From: Octopus sinensis
Lineage: Eukaryota
DNA: 64,000 nucleotides
NCBI RefSeq assembly: GCF_006345805.1
Contig: NC_043000.1
Span: 22,816,001-22,880,000 of the forward strand
Direction of reading: 5' to 3'
Shown: piece after piece, positions 25,890-38,765 of the stretch
Position numbering within the stretch: the first letter of the stretch is position 1
How the letters are laid out: each line of letters opens with the position of its first letter
The notes under the pieces: generated by a model
Database searches by the model: none
Told to the model about the DNA's origin: nothing
What the model saw: the letters and a program-made list of their open reading frames with translations, nothing else
Program-made: the position numbers and the translations under genes

Positions 25890-26472
25890 CAGTGATTCTG
25901 AACCGGTATGGCACCTGAGTAAGGCGGCGAGCTGGCAGAAACGTTAGCACGCCGGGCGAAATGCTTAGCGGTATTTCGTCTGCGTTACGTTGTGAGTTCA
26001 AATTCCGCCGAGGTCGACTTTGCCTTTCATCCTTTCGGGGTCGATAAATTAAGTACCAGTTACGAACTGGGGTCGATGTAATCGACTTAATACCTATGTC
26101 AGTCCTTGTTTGTCCCCTCTGTGTTTAGCCCCTTGTGGGTAATAAAGAAATAGGTATGACACCTGAGGGTTCATATAAGATGTTTGGAGGTCCACGCAAG
26201 CAAAATAGCTGATTGGAGATGTACAGTGGTATAAGGGTCCATGAAAAACCTTTGCGTTAGATGTAGTTATTTAAAAAAAAACCAGCTAGGTTTCTTTCTC
26301 TAACATTTTACATAGTCCAACATGCACATGTTAATGTGTGTGAATAACAAAATAGGAATTTTGAAAGAAGTATCTATAAAACCAGATTTTAAAAATCGAA
26401 TGGCTATGGGGGCCCACCATAATGAAATAGTAATCGAAGGGGTCCATAAATAAAAATGGCCGAGAACTCCTG
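25890..26472. mobile_element. hAT (Charlie-like) MITE
   Basis: Ends cagtgattctgaacc / ggccgagaactcctg; 8-bp TSD gtctaggg (25882-25889) and gtctagag (26473-26480). Confidence 0.7.
25920..26152 (+). mobile_element. SINE-B with 15-bp TSD, nested in the hAT MITE
   Basis: ggtatg(g/a)cacctgag at 25905-25919 and 26153-26167. Confidence 0.93.
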
Positions 26473-26857
26473 GTCTAGAGGATGATGGAGAAGTATGAGC
26501 GTAATGTTTCTGTGGTTGAGACAACATGGATATCTTGAGAAGATGTATGATGGTCGTAGAGGAATAAGTTAAAAACAGTAGGCAGGAGAATGGTTCCTGT
26601 GATATTCCATTCAGGAAATTGCAAGTTCTGAATGTGTTGTTCTTGTACAATACTTGAGATGGGCGATCTGATTGTTTACTGGACAACGTTTTGTGTTGAA
26701 TCTACATCGTTTGACCGGCTTTGAAGCTGTGCCCACCTTGCATTCTGTTCTTGCGTTGAATATTCAGGCATGCTGTATCCGTTTTATTCATCATCAATAT
26801 CATCATCATCATCATCATCATCATCATCGTCATATGTATATATATATAAATAATAAG

Positions 26858-27090
26858 CATCCTCGTATAACAACCGTCCAACTGCTTCTTCAATCCTTTA
26901 GTGAGCGTCCATGTTTCAGCCCCGTATAGAAGAACAGGCTCCACTGTTGCCAGAAACAATCTCACTTTCAATTTCCTTACTAACCTTTCTCAATCTATGG
27001 CATGCGCTCCAGGCAACAGCTTTCCTTGCTACGATGTCTTTTTCAGTACTTTGTGTCAGTACTTACCGTCTCTCACTTTCACTGGCTCTG
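26858..27090 (-). mobile_element. RTE-like LINE fragment
   Basis: STEKDIVARKAVAWSAC..LKVRLFLATVEPVLLYGAETWTLTK..LDGCYTRML. Confidence 0.75.
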
Positions 27091-27152
27091 GCATTTCGTG
27101 GTTGAATACTTGCAGCTCTGTTTTCTTTGAATATATATATATAATTATATAA

Positions 27153-27218
<66 letters not shown>

Positions 27219-27249
27219 ATAATATATATATATAAACTTACTAGAGACA

Positions 27250-27452
27250 GAAAAGAAACGAAACGACGCGAGGGCGCTCAGTCATGCAATAATTAATAAA
27301 TAAAATATATGCATTATATATATATATATGCATGTATATATACATGTAGATGTAGGTACGTACATATATGTATGTATGTATGTATGTATGCATATATTTT
27401 ATTTATTAAATTATTGCATGACTGAGCGCCCTCGCGTCGTTTCGTTTCTTTT
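27250..27452. repeat. Inverted repeat, ~65-bp arms
   Basis: aaagaaacgaaacgacgcgagggcgctcagtcatgcaataat and its reverse complement at 27405-27452. Confidence 0.9.
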
Positions 27453-28109
27453 ATGTTCTCCTTGTAAGTTTTTATATATAATTATGACGCGAAACTCTGT
27501 AACCCTTTGCTTGACCTTCCCTTCCTTCCTGTCTGTCTTCCTCTTTGCATGTCTCTCTCCTTATTTTTCACCCTTTCTGGTTTCCTTTCCTCTCTATCTC
27601 TCTCTCTCTCCTACTCCTCCTCATCTCTCTCACAGCCGAGTCGACCACTTCCTTTCGCCGGCGGCCTTCTACAAGTGAACATGCTTTTTTCCTGCGCTCT
27701 TGAATTTTTCCTCGTCTAGGCTAAAAAAAGGCCCTCAATGTTGGTTTTTTATTCTTTATTTGTACTGTATTTTTTTGTATTTGTATTTTTATTTTGTATT
27801 TATTTATTTATTTTTTATTTGTATTGCTTTTACGTCCTGTTCTTGTCACATTTTTTTTCCTTGTTTCTACCCCTCTGCAAAGGAATTTTATTTAATTCTT
27901 TCGCAGGAAGGGCTGGTTCGACGGGTCGTGTTCTGTCCTTACCTTCCAAACACGCATGGAGTCGAACTAGGGACAGCTGATGAAGGGGAATATTACTTGT
28001 ATTGTTTGTCTTGTACTCTGTTTTTTCGTTGTTAAAAAAAGTTCATTTCCATGTTTGTTTTTACGTTTTCGTTCTCGTTGAGTTCTACGTCTATTTGTGG
28101 TGTCCTGTA

Positions 28110-28141
<32 letters not shown>

Positions 28142-28165
28142 TATATATTTATATCTACATATATA

Positions 28166-28198
<33 letters not shown>

Positions 28199-28829
28199 GC
28201 ATGTATATATACATGTAGATGTAGGTACGTACCTATATGTATGTATGTATGCATATATTTTATTTATTAATTATATATATATATATATATTATATAATAT
28301 ATATTCTAGCAAAAACTGTCCGATGAACGGCAACGGGAACCTCAGAGTAACAGGTTTTGTTGAATTTTCTGCTGCTTTAAATACGTATATATATATATAT
28401 ATATCTATATATATATAATATATATATAATATATATATATAATATGTAGATATATATATTTGAAGTGTGCTCTGTGTAGAACGTATAGAGTACAAATAGA
28501 GCTCGTTCATCTTTAGAATTCCAAAACACCCGGTAGTATTCTTATGTTATGCTACTAATTCTAGTCTTAGAAGAAGCCATGATGTGTAGCATGGAAATGT
28601 AGATTTACTTACGGAGACACCAACTGAGTATCGCCTGAGGAGATACATATAAATCTTCTTATTCTTCTTATGCAGTAAATCGTTACATAATTTAATTTAA
28701 ACTTAACTTTAAATCCTGTATATACGAGGATCTGCATGTAACGAACATTTGCAGCGATTAAAAATTTGCCTAACCGTACTTACTCTTTCTTTTGGCTCTT
28801 CCTTATATATATATAATAGTATATATATA

Positions 28830-28888
<59 letters not shown>

Positions 28889-28968
28889 TATATATAAATT
28901 CGGGTGAGTACTTGATAATTATAAGCACCTGTGTATACCGTTGGTGGTGTAGGTTGTGGAGTAAATTG

Positions 28969-29463
28969 ATCAAAATAAAAACATGATGCCAAGGATTCAG
29001 CGGTACATATGTTCGGGCCTTTATTAGACAGATTTATAACAATGCATAATGTATGTCTGTGCCTTCTTCACAGCCGCGCACAACAGCTTCCACAAGGACA
29101 TGTGTTACATCAAAAATTCTTGGTTGGGGATGCAAATCCTCTCATTCGCGTACGCATAATGCGACAACAGCATAGATTGAAGCGTCCATCTCTTTCTTCT
29201 CTCAATGTAGAATCAGAATGTAGAATTGAGAGAAGAAAGAGAGGACGCTTCAATTCTATGCTGTTGTCGCATTAATGTCGTACGCGAATGAAGGATTTGC
29301 ATCCCCAACCAAGAATTTTTATGGAACACATGTCCTTGGTGGAAGCTGTTGTGCGCGGCTGAAGAAGGCCACAGACATACATTATGCATTGTTATAAATC
29401 TGTCTAATAAAGGCCCGAAACATATGTACCGCTGAATCCTTGGCATCATGTTTTTATTTTGAT
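28969..29463. repeat. Fold-back, ~240-bp arms, ~15-nt spacer
   Basis: atcaaaataaaaacatgatgccaagg...ctctcaat mirrored by attgagag...ccttggcatcatgttttttattttgat; arms differ mainly by single-base indels. Confidence 0.95.
29355..29432 (+). ncRNA. Type I hammerhead ribozyme motif
   Basis: GCGG CTGAAGA A GGCC-ACAGA..TCTGT..GGCC C GAA ACATATGT A CCGC: stem I GCGG/CCGC, canonical core, palindromic stem III, GUA cleavage triplet. Confidence 0.8.
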
Positions 29464-30013
29464 ATATATATTATAATATATATATATAGATATTATATAT
29501 CTATATATATATGTATTATATTATAATTCGTGTGTACACGTATGTGCGTGCTTGTATGTATGTATGTATTTATTTATATACACACACACAAACACGAATA
29601 CAATCGCTATACATGCTTATATACATACATAGACATACGTATATGCATACATACACATAATTATATATGAAGTGAAATCTTTTTTCTCCGAAACACCGCA
29701 CATCTTTCACGTTCTAACACACAAGAGCCTGTTAAATATAATTGTATATACATCGCTATTTAGATAAATAAATGCATGCATATGGTTTTCATTTGAGTTT
29801 TATTTCATTTCTTTTTGAGCAAGTTCAAACCGGTCGCAAATAAAGCGACAAGACTTTTCGAGTCCAGAGAAATCCCTGTGTTTGTAAATAGGTTGTTGAG
29901 TTGGTGTGTTGATTGAACTGTCGCGGCATACACCCACGCGTGTGCGTCTATTCATATAAGAATTTCAGATGGAGAACTTTTGGGATTTTTTCTCTTTATA
30001 AATCTACTCAATA

Positions 30014-30411
30014 TTCTTTTATTCTTCTACTTGTTTCCGTCATTTGACTGCTACCATGCTGGAACATCGCCTTTAGTCGAGCAAATCGACCCCAGGATGT
30101 ATTCTTTGTGATCCTAGTACTTATTCTATCGGTTCCTTTTACCTGCTAAGTTACGTGGACGTAAACATACCAGCGTCGGTTGTCAAGCGATGTTGGGGGA
30201 ACAAGCACAGACACACAAACACACACGCACGCACACACACATATGCATGACGGGCTTCTTCCAGTTTCCGTCTACCAAATCCACTCACAAGGCTTTGGTC
30301 AGCCCGAGTCTATAGTGGAAGACACTTGCCCAAGTTGCCACGCAGTGGGACTGAACCCGGAACCATGTGGTTGGGAGGCAAGTTTCTTACCACACAGCCA
30401 CTCCTGCGTCT
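30014..30411 (-). mobile_element. SINE-A
   Basis: Family consensus, reverse strand. Confidence 0.9.
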
Positions 30412-30947
30412 ATAGGCTGCATATATTATATCCTACCTTCATTATGTGTGAACAGGGATCCCCATTCATTGGCACCTGATATTTAATAAACTGTTAGTAC
30501 TTACGGTATGCAAATTAGTATCCCCAGATTTCTGAAGTCACTGTAACTGTTGAGTATATAAATAGATTGGCTGCTTGTTACTCTTATGTAGACGCCTTTG
30601 ACGAGAATCCAGTAGGATTCAAAAATCGAGTTTTTCAATCTTTGGGGGAAATAGCTAAATTAGCCATGTTTATATACATCTACTATATAGATTACACACA
30701 TATATGTGTAACTTGTAAAACACAACTTTCACCACTACTATATGAACCTGAAGATTGCATAGTTTAATGCATGAAAGTACTAGTTCAATCAGAATGGACA
30801 TTTAATGTTCTATCATTTCATTATAGTATATTATATTATTATAAGATTGTAAATAAAACGTGAAAATCAAAGTTGGAATTTCTTTGAGTGTATATATATA
30901 TATATATATATATACGGTGATATATATATACGGTGATATATATATAC

Positions 30948-31187
30948 CAACCAGGCTATCAGATATTACTACACATCGCTGGTCACAATGCGCTTCGCAT
31001 TGTTTTATCCTTCAAATGACGCCACTCCGCTGGCTAAGCGAGCAGGCAAACAGAAGAAAGAGTGAGTGAAAGTTATTACGAAAGAGTACTGCAGGAATCG
31101 CCACCACCCTCCGTCCGGTCTGGGAATCGAAACCGCGATCCTATGACCGCGAGTCCGCTGCCCTAACCACTGAGCCATTGCGCCTCC
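30948..31187 (-). mobile_element. SINE-C variant with alternative tail 2
   Basis: Same head and partial body as SINE-C; tail gccagcggagtggcgtcatttgaagg..gcgcattgtgaccagcgatg. Confidence 0.8.
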
Positions 31188-31189
31188 AC

Positions 31190-31233
<44 letters not shown>

Positions 31234-31372
31234 ATGATTGGTATTTTACCTTGTTAACAATTAAAACGGAAAAAAATAAATAGTTACCAGGACAGCAAAA
31301 ATCTCACAAGTAAAGATGTTGTAACTCCTTGTTTATAAGGTTGAAACTCGTGTTTTACGTTGAATATTTTGA

Positions 31373-31533
31373 ATATATGAATAAAAAAAATGGAGTTAAC
31401 GCAGGTTTAAACAAGTATTTTTACTTTCTACCATGTTTCGATCCTTGTTACAATTAACACGGAAAAATAACATGTGTAGAAAGTAAAAATACTTGTTTAA
31501 ACCTGCGTTAACTCCATTTTTTATTCATATATA
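31373..31533. repeat. Inverted repeat, ~65-bp arms
   Basis: atggagttaacgcaggtttaaacaagtatttt(t)tactttcta and its reverse complement. Confidence 0.9.
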
Positions 31534-31753
31534 TATAGTTGGAATTTACAAAAAACAAATAAAAAATGACGAAGACGGGTGTGTAAATAACAGATGTATT
31601 AGTTTGACGCTCGGGAAGTGAGAAAGTCTTTTACGCTTAGAGCCTATGCTCTTAATCAGAAAGGAATATGAGGAAGTAAACAGAGAGAGAAAATGAAAAA
31701 AAAAAGGTTCAGTGGCTAGCGATCAATATATGTGCACATATTTCGATGTCCGG

Positions 31754-31812
31754 ATAACTGAAGAGATGGCGGCGTGAGTTTCCGTCCCGACATCCGAAAC
31801 TCGGAGTTTTAT
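31754..31812 (+). ncRNA. Type I hammerhead ribozyme motif
   Basis: ATAA CTGAAGA GATG..CATC C GAA ACTC-G-GAGT T TTAT: stem I ATAA/TTAT, canonical core. Confidence 0.7.
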
Positions 31813-31864
31813 TATGGCTACCGAATAATTGCCACATATTATATTTACACACACACACACACAC

Positions 31865-31938
<74 letters not shown>

Positions 31939-31998
31939 TCATATATTTATATATATACATAAGTTTTACATACATGAATAAATTCTAAATGATAACAT

Positions 31999-32400
31999 AG
32001 GCGCAGGAGTAGCTGTGTGGTAAGTAGCTTGCTTACAAACCACATGGTTCTGGGTTCAGTCCCACTGCGTAGCACCTTGGGCAAGTGTCTTCTACTATCG
32101 CCTCGGGCCGACCAAAGCCTTGTGATTGGATTTGGTAGACGGAAACTGAAAGAAGCCTGTCGTATATATGTATGTATGTGTGTATGTGTGTGTATGTGTG
32201 TCTGTGTTTGTCCTCCACCATCGCTTGACAACCGACAGTGGCGTGTCTACGTCACCGTAACACAGCGTTTCGGCAACAGAAACGATAGAATAAGTATGAG
32301 GCTTACAAAGCATAAGTCCTGCGGTCGATTTGTTCGACTAAAGGCGGTGCTCCAGCTTGGCCGCAGTCAAATGACTGAAACAAAGAAAAGAATAAAAAGA
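31999..32400 (+). mobile_element. SINE-A
   Basis: Family consensus. Confidence 0.92.
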
Positions 32401-33115
32401 ATAATGAATAACTTCAAATCTAATCAAAAAATACTTTCTCCAATACACCTCTCCATAACAAGCCACCCTAAAACCTAAATTTCAGTCCACACAAAACCAC
32501 ATGGCCGAGGAAGATTTCAACTCATCAGAGACTATACAAAGCCAAGATTAACTTCAATACATCACCGTCCGACTATGGCGTAACTGGTTGATTTCGAAGT
32601 CACTGTCATTTTGTTTAAGAATAATGAATTTGTACTCTACAAAAGTATAGAGCAACCCATCAGATTTATATGAAATTGTCTTTATTATAACTGAACATAA
32701 AAACACACATACATAGATATATATATATATACATACATACATATATACATACACACACAAATACACACAAAATGAACGGACAACTTACACAACAAGGGAA
32801 ATATATTAAATATATTAAAAAAAAGTATTAAATATGGTATATTAAAAACGAAAAAAAATACAAAACAAAACAAGTTGCTAGAAATAGAATTATTTTATAT
32901 GATATTAAAATATCTATTTTTTTCGTAATTTTTTTCTCTCCTATTTCTCTCCATTCTCCTCTTGTCTTCTTTTGTCTCTCTTCTTTTCTTTTGCTCTTGC
33001 TCTTCTCACTTGCTTACCTTTCCATCGTCTGTTTTTGCTCCTCCAATCTTTTCGTTTCTTCTTGTCATTCTTCGCCTCGTCCTCTTTCTTTTCATCACGA
33101 TATTTTTTTTATTCA

Positions 33116-33149
<34 letters not shown>

Positions 33150-33542
33150 GTCTAGATACTGATGGCATAACCATTAGTATCGTCGTTGCAGTCTCCACCA
33201 CTACCAGCACCACCAGCACCACCAGCACCACCTCCACCCCCACCCCCACCACCACTACCATCACCACCACCAGCACCAGCACCACCACCTCCACCAACAC
33301 ATTGATCGTTATCATCGTAACATCATCGTTATCATCATCATCATCAACGTCGTGGTCGTCGTCGTCGTCATCACCATCATCAACGTTGTCGTCATCGTCG
33401 TAGTTGTACTCCTCCCCTTCCTCCTCCATCTCCTCCTCCTCCTCCTCCTCCTCCTCCGCCGTTTCATCTTCATCGTCGTCGCCTTCGTCATCATCGATAT
33501 CATCATCATCATCATCATAAACATCATCATCACCACCAGTAG

Positions 33543-33675
33543 CTCTGCTTTGTTACAATCTGGCCTTTCTTCCAGCTCCACCATCCCCGCACATCCCCTG
33601 CGCCCCCCCTACACGCCACTGCACGCGCCAACCACATCGCGCCACCCACATCGACAGCTCGACAGTCCAACTTAG
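33543..33675 (+). CDS. Candidate host exon (phase 0 to phase 1)
   Basis: AG at 33541-42; TTAG|GTAAGA donor; open frame LCFVTIWPFFQLHHPRTSPAPPLHATARANHIAPPTSTARQSNL; GC-rich unique sequence. Confidence 0.3.
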
Positions 33676-33689
33676 GTAAGATGATAGTC

Positions 33690-33775
33690 ATCCAATCAGA
33701 TTCTGACGTGACTTCCTCTAATGAATTACCTGCTACCAATGAAGCTGGCTACGCGCGCGCAACGCCGCCATTACA
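33690..33775. promoter_or_regulatory. CpG-rich motif cluster (CCAAT x2, TGACGT, ACTTCC, CGCGCG, CGCCAT)
   Basis: ccaatcag, ctgacgtgacttcctc, ccaatg, gcgcgcgc, cgccgccatt within ~85 bp of a CpG-poor window; function inferred only. Confidence 0.25.
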
Positions 33776-33789
33776 CGCGTGTACAGTGC

Positions 33790-34207
33790 GTATGTATGTG
33801 TGTGGTTGTGTGTGTGTATGTGTTTGTATGCGTGTGTTTGTAAGTGTGCATGTGTGTGTGTATGTGTTTGTATGTGTGTGTTTGTGAATGTGTATGCTTG
33901 TGTGTGTGTGTGTGTGTTTGTGTATGCGTGTGTTTGTGAGTGTGTATATGTGTGTATATGTTTGTATGTGCCTGTTTGTGGGTGTGTATGTGTTTGTGTG
34001 TGTGTGTTCGTGAGTGTGTATGTGTTTGTGTGTGTGTGTGTCTGTTTCTGTGTGGATACGTGTGTGTATGTTTTGTATGTGCGTGTTTGTAAGTGTGTAT
34101 GTGTTTGTGTATGTGTGTGTGTGTGTGTGTGTGTTTTTGTGAGTGTGTATGTGTTTGTATGTGCGTGTTTGTGAGTGTGTATGTGTTTATGTGAGAGTAC
34201 ATGTGTC

Positions 34208-34240
<33 letters not shown>

Positions 34241-35530
34241 ACGTGATTGTGGCTATGTGTTTATGTGTTATTGTGAATTATTGACTGTATCAATGTATGT
34301 CTGTGTGTATGTATTTGAGTGTGTGTGTGTGTATGTGTGCGTGTGTGTATTTGACCCATTGTGCATGTGTGTGTGTGTCCCGTGTATGTGTGTGTGCGTG
34401 CGTGTGTGTGTGAGGCGTTTGTGCTCTGTATTCTTGCTATTATCAACGTAGGTGTGCATGTATGTATATGTGTCCACGCATGTATGCATGTGTGTGTGTG
34501 GGAATATGTGGCTATTTGTGCTTGTATGTGTTAATGCTTATTCCAGAGTGTAGTAACATGTGTCCGTCAGTACGAGGCCTGACGTTTCTAAGCAGAGCGC
34601 GTGTGAGTGTCTGTGTGTATGTATGAGTGTGCGTGTTTATATGAGTGTGTGTGTGTGTGTGCGTGCGTATGTGTATCTGTGGTGTGCAGATATTATTGTC
34701 TAAGTTGAATGTGTGGGCCATTGTGATTGAATGTGTGTGTATACTAACACTAATTTAGTATATGTTTGCTACTCAGTATCATTACACACATGCAAACACA
34801 CACACACACACACACAAACACATGCACGCAAACATGGATATATAAGTGTGTGTGTGCGTGTGTATCTGGCATGCTACGTTGTATTCTGTACACTAATGCA
34901 TTAATATTTGTATGTCTGTTAGGTTGTGGGTGTTAGTATGTATGTATGTATGTATGCGTGCGTGTATATATATATGTTTGTATACACGCATATGTATGTG
35001 CGTGTGTGCATGTGTGTATGTGTATGTATGTGAGTATGTGTGTGTGTGTATGTGCATGTGTGTGTAGGTGGCTGAACTGTCCTTCTGAACTGGCGCCAAT
35101 CACTGCTTGGTAAGTCGTCTGCTTTGCTCAGTCGTGACAAACACACTCACACACACACACTCACACACACACACACACACACATGCGTATACATATATAT
35201 ACACACACTGACATAGTCTGCTGTATATATTGTGCATATACGTGGTGTGGTCGTGTGTTTCGTTTTGTTACTCTATGCATGTAAGAATGTATGCATAGGT
35301 CTATGTATGCATGTATGGCTGTACGTACTTATGTATGTATATATGCATGCATGCATGTATGTATGTATGTATGTATGTATGTATGTATGTATGTATGTAT
35401 GTATGTATGCATGTTGTGTATGTATATGCGTGTTTACGTGTTTATAAGTGTTTCTGCTACTGTGTGTATGTATACATGTGTATACATGCATGTGTATGTG
35501 TGTGTAGTATTGATCTTTCCGTTGTTATAA
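33790..35530. repeat. Degenerate (GT)n / (GTAT)n tract
   Basis: Seen directly. Confidence 0.9.
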
Positions 35531-35574
35531 TTGTTGCAATACCAGCCAAAGATGCACACACATGTGGTTAGAGT

Positions 35575-35593
35575 AGTATTAGTATTAGTATTT

Positions 35594-35630
<37 letters not shown>

Positions 35631-35781
35631 CAGTAGCAGCAATAGTAGGTGTTGCTGTTGTTGTTGTTGCAGCAGCTCAACAACAAGTTGTTAGTGTTGT
35701 AATTGCTATTGTCTTCTTCTTCTTCTTCTTCTTCTTCTTCTTCTTCTTCTTCTTCTTCTTCTTCTTCTCTTCTTCTTCTTC

Positions 35782-35830
<49 letters not shown>

Positions 35831-36180
35831 ATCATCATCATCATCATCATCATCATGATTGTTATTAGTCACTGATAATAGTCTTATTGTAGTCGTCTTT
35901 AGTAGTAGTAGTAGTAGTAGTAGTAGTAGCAGCAGCAGCAGCAGTGGTAGTTGTAGATGTTACAGCCATAGTCGTTATTGTAGCAATTGTCATTATCATG
36001 GCCGTCGTTGTAGTTATCAGTCACAAATATCATCCATCATCGTCGTCGTCGTTCTCTCCCCATCATCATCATCATGATCCTCATCGTTGTCATCACCATC
36101 CTCATCGTCGCTGTTATCGCCATGACGTCGTGGTCGTTGTTGTCGTTGTTGTTGTTGTTGTTGATGCAGTTGCTGTTGTC
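35575..36180. repeat. Compound trinucleotide tract (TAG, TTG, TTC, CAT)
   Basis: Seen directly. Confidence 0.9.
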
Positions 36181-36356
36181 GGTCTTTGTGTTTGGCCGTT
36201 AATGTTGTTATTATTTTTTAATGATTTCCTTTCAAAAAGTGGAGAGCAAACTCGTGACTGCGGAAAAACTTCCAGTTGGAGAGGCGACACCGGGACTGAA
36301 CGTCGTTTTAATGGTTACTGGTGTTACACACACACACACACACACACGCACACACA

Positions 36357-36387
<31 letters not shown>

Positions 36388-36451
36388 CACATGCACACAC
36401 AAACTCATAAACTGATTCACAAATTCGCTCACTCAAATAAATTGGTATACC

Positions 36452-36755
36452 GTCGGTTACGATGACGAAGATTCTAGTTGATCCAATCAAAGGAACAGCC
36501 TGCTCGTGAAATTAACGTGTGAGTGGTTGAGTACACCACAGACATAGGTCTCAGTGAGGTTCCGTGTGACACAGAATGTGACAAGGCTGGACCTTTTTGA
36601 AATACAGATACAACTCATTTTTGCCAGTTGAGTGCACTGGAGCAACATGGAATAAAGTGTTTTGCTCAAGGACACAACTCAACGCCGAGAAACGAACTCA
36701 CAACCTTACGATCGTGAGGCGAATACCCTATCCATTGAGCCACGTATCTTAACGC
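36452..36755 (-). mobile_element. Older SINE with SINE-C-type tail and a different central domain
   Basis: Tail ttaatttcacgagcaggctgtt..cgtaaccgac; centre gtgtccttgagcaaaacactttattccatgttgctcca. Confidence 0.7.
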
Positions 36756-36799
36756 ACTCAAATACAAACTAAATCAAGTATCAACGCTCATTCACTGCC

Positions 36800-37620
36800 T
36801 AACTGACTGACTGACTGACTCACTCACTCACCCAGTCACTCACTTACCCAATCACTCACTCACTCACTCACTCACTCACTCACTCACTCACTCACTCACT
36901 CACTCACTCACTCACACACCCATTCACTCACTCCCCCAGTCACTCACTCACTCACTCACTCACTCACACAGCCACTCACTCACTCACTCACTCACTCACT
37001 CACTCGCTCACTCACTCACTCACTCACACGCCCACCCAATCACTCACTCACTCACTCACTCACTCACTCACTCACTCAGTGACTCACTCACTCACACCCA
37101 ATCACTCACTCACCTAATCACTCACTCACTCACTCACTCACTCACTCACTCACTCACACACCTACCCAATCACTCACTTACTCACACAGCCACTCACTCA
37201 TTCACTCACTCACTCAGTGACTCACTCACTCACACACCCAACCACTCACTCACCCAATCACTCACTCACTCACTCACTCACTCACTCACACACCTACCCA
37301 ATCACTCACTTACTCACACAGCCACTCACTCATTCACTCACTCACTCACTCACTCACTCACTCACCCACACACTCACCCAATCACTCACTCACTCACTCA
37401 CTCACTCACTCACTCACTCACTCACTCACTCACACACCCACCCAATCACTCACTCACTCACTCACGCAGTGACTCACCCACTCACTCACTCCTAAACTCT
37501 CTCTCACACTCAGTTCTCTACACTCACCACTTCACTCACAACCTCACTCTGGCACTCACTCACTCACTCATTAACACACTCATCCGCTCATCTAGACTTT
37601 CTCACACACATACACACACA
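36800..37620. repeat. (ACTC)n with higher-order repeats
   Basis: Interruptions cctacccaatcac, cagccac and cagtgac recur in the same order at ~37160 and ~37290. Confidence 0.9.
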
Positions 37621-37864
37621 CTCAATCACTCCCCCTTGCATCCATTCCTGTCGCGACAATAATGATGATGAGGATCATGATGATGATGGTGATGATGATG
37701 ATGATGATGATGATTATGATGACGATGATGATTATGATGATGATGATGATGATGATGGTAATGATGATGATGGTGATGTTAGTGATGATGATGGTGATGA
37801 TGATTATGGCCCTCATGACGATGTATTTTCCAACCTACATGTCTAATATGAATGTATATTTGCA

Positions 37865-38085
37865 AGGCGGCGAAACTGGCTGAATCGTTATGACGCCGGG
37901 CAAACATGCTTTAACGGTATTTCGTCCGTCTTTACGTTCTGAGTTCGAATTCTGCTGAGGTTGACTTTTGTCATTCATCCGTTCGGGGTCAATAAAACAG
38001 GTACCAATTGAGCTCCGGCGTTGATGCAATCGACTTACCTTCTTCCCTAACATTGCTGGACTCGTGCCAAAATTTGAAGCCAATA
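37865..38085 (+). mobile_element. SINE-B' variant
   Basis: Family head and core. Confidence 0.75.
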
Positions 38086-38317
38086 TCAATGGATATTTGT
38101 GGGCGAGCAGAATACGAGACACGATTCGACATTCTGTTTCGTGTTGATGCAAAACACTCAAATTTTGATGTTATTCAGTTTCGTTTGGATAGAGACTAAG
38201 CTCGTAGATACTTGAAGCAATCAGGATTACCTGTCATTATTTATTGCTTATTCAGGAGGCTATTTATCACCTGTCCATGCAATGCTTCCAAAGTAAACCG
38301 AAATTAAAATACTTTGG

Positions 38318-38541
38318 CGGCGAGCTGGCATAAAACGTTAGCACGCCGGGCGAAATACTTAGCGGTATTTCGCCTGCCGCTACGTTCTGAGTTCAAATTC
38401 CGCCGAGGTCGACTTTGCCTTTCATCCTTTCGGGGTCGATAAATTAAGTAGCAGTTACGCACTGGGGTCTATTTAATCGACTTAATCCGTTTGTCTGTCC
38501 TTGTTCGACCCCTCTGTGTCCCTTGTGGGTAGTAAAGAAAT
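38318..38541 (+). mobile_element. SINE-B with ~19-bp TSD
   Basis: gaaattaaaatactttggc before, gaagttaaaatgctttggc after. Confidence 0.9.
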
Positions 38542-38577
38542 AGAAGTTAAAATGCTTTGGCCAATGAAATAACTGGC

Positions 38578-38765
38578 AATCTTTTATCTTTCAGTTGTTT
38601 CCCCCATTGGACTGTGGCCATTCTGGAGCTCCGGCTTGAAGGGTTCTGTGAAACAAATTAATCCCAGTACTCATTTTAAAGTCTGGTGCTTAATCCATCT
38701 GCTTCTTTATGCTGAATCGCTAAGTTACTGTGACGTAAGCAAATCCACACCAGTTGCCAAGCAGT
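38578..38765 (-). mobile_element. SINE-A-related 3' half, diverged
   Basis: cttttatctttcagttgttt..gctaagttactgtgacgtaag. Confidence 0.55.
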
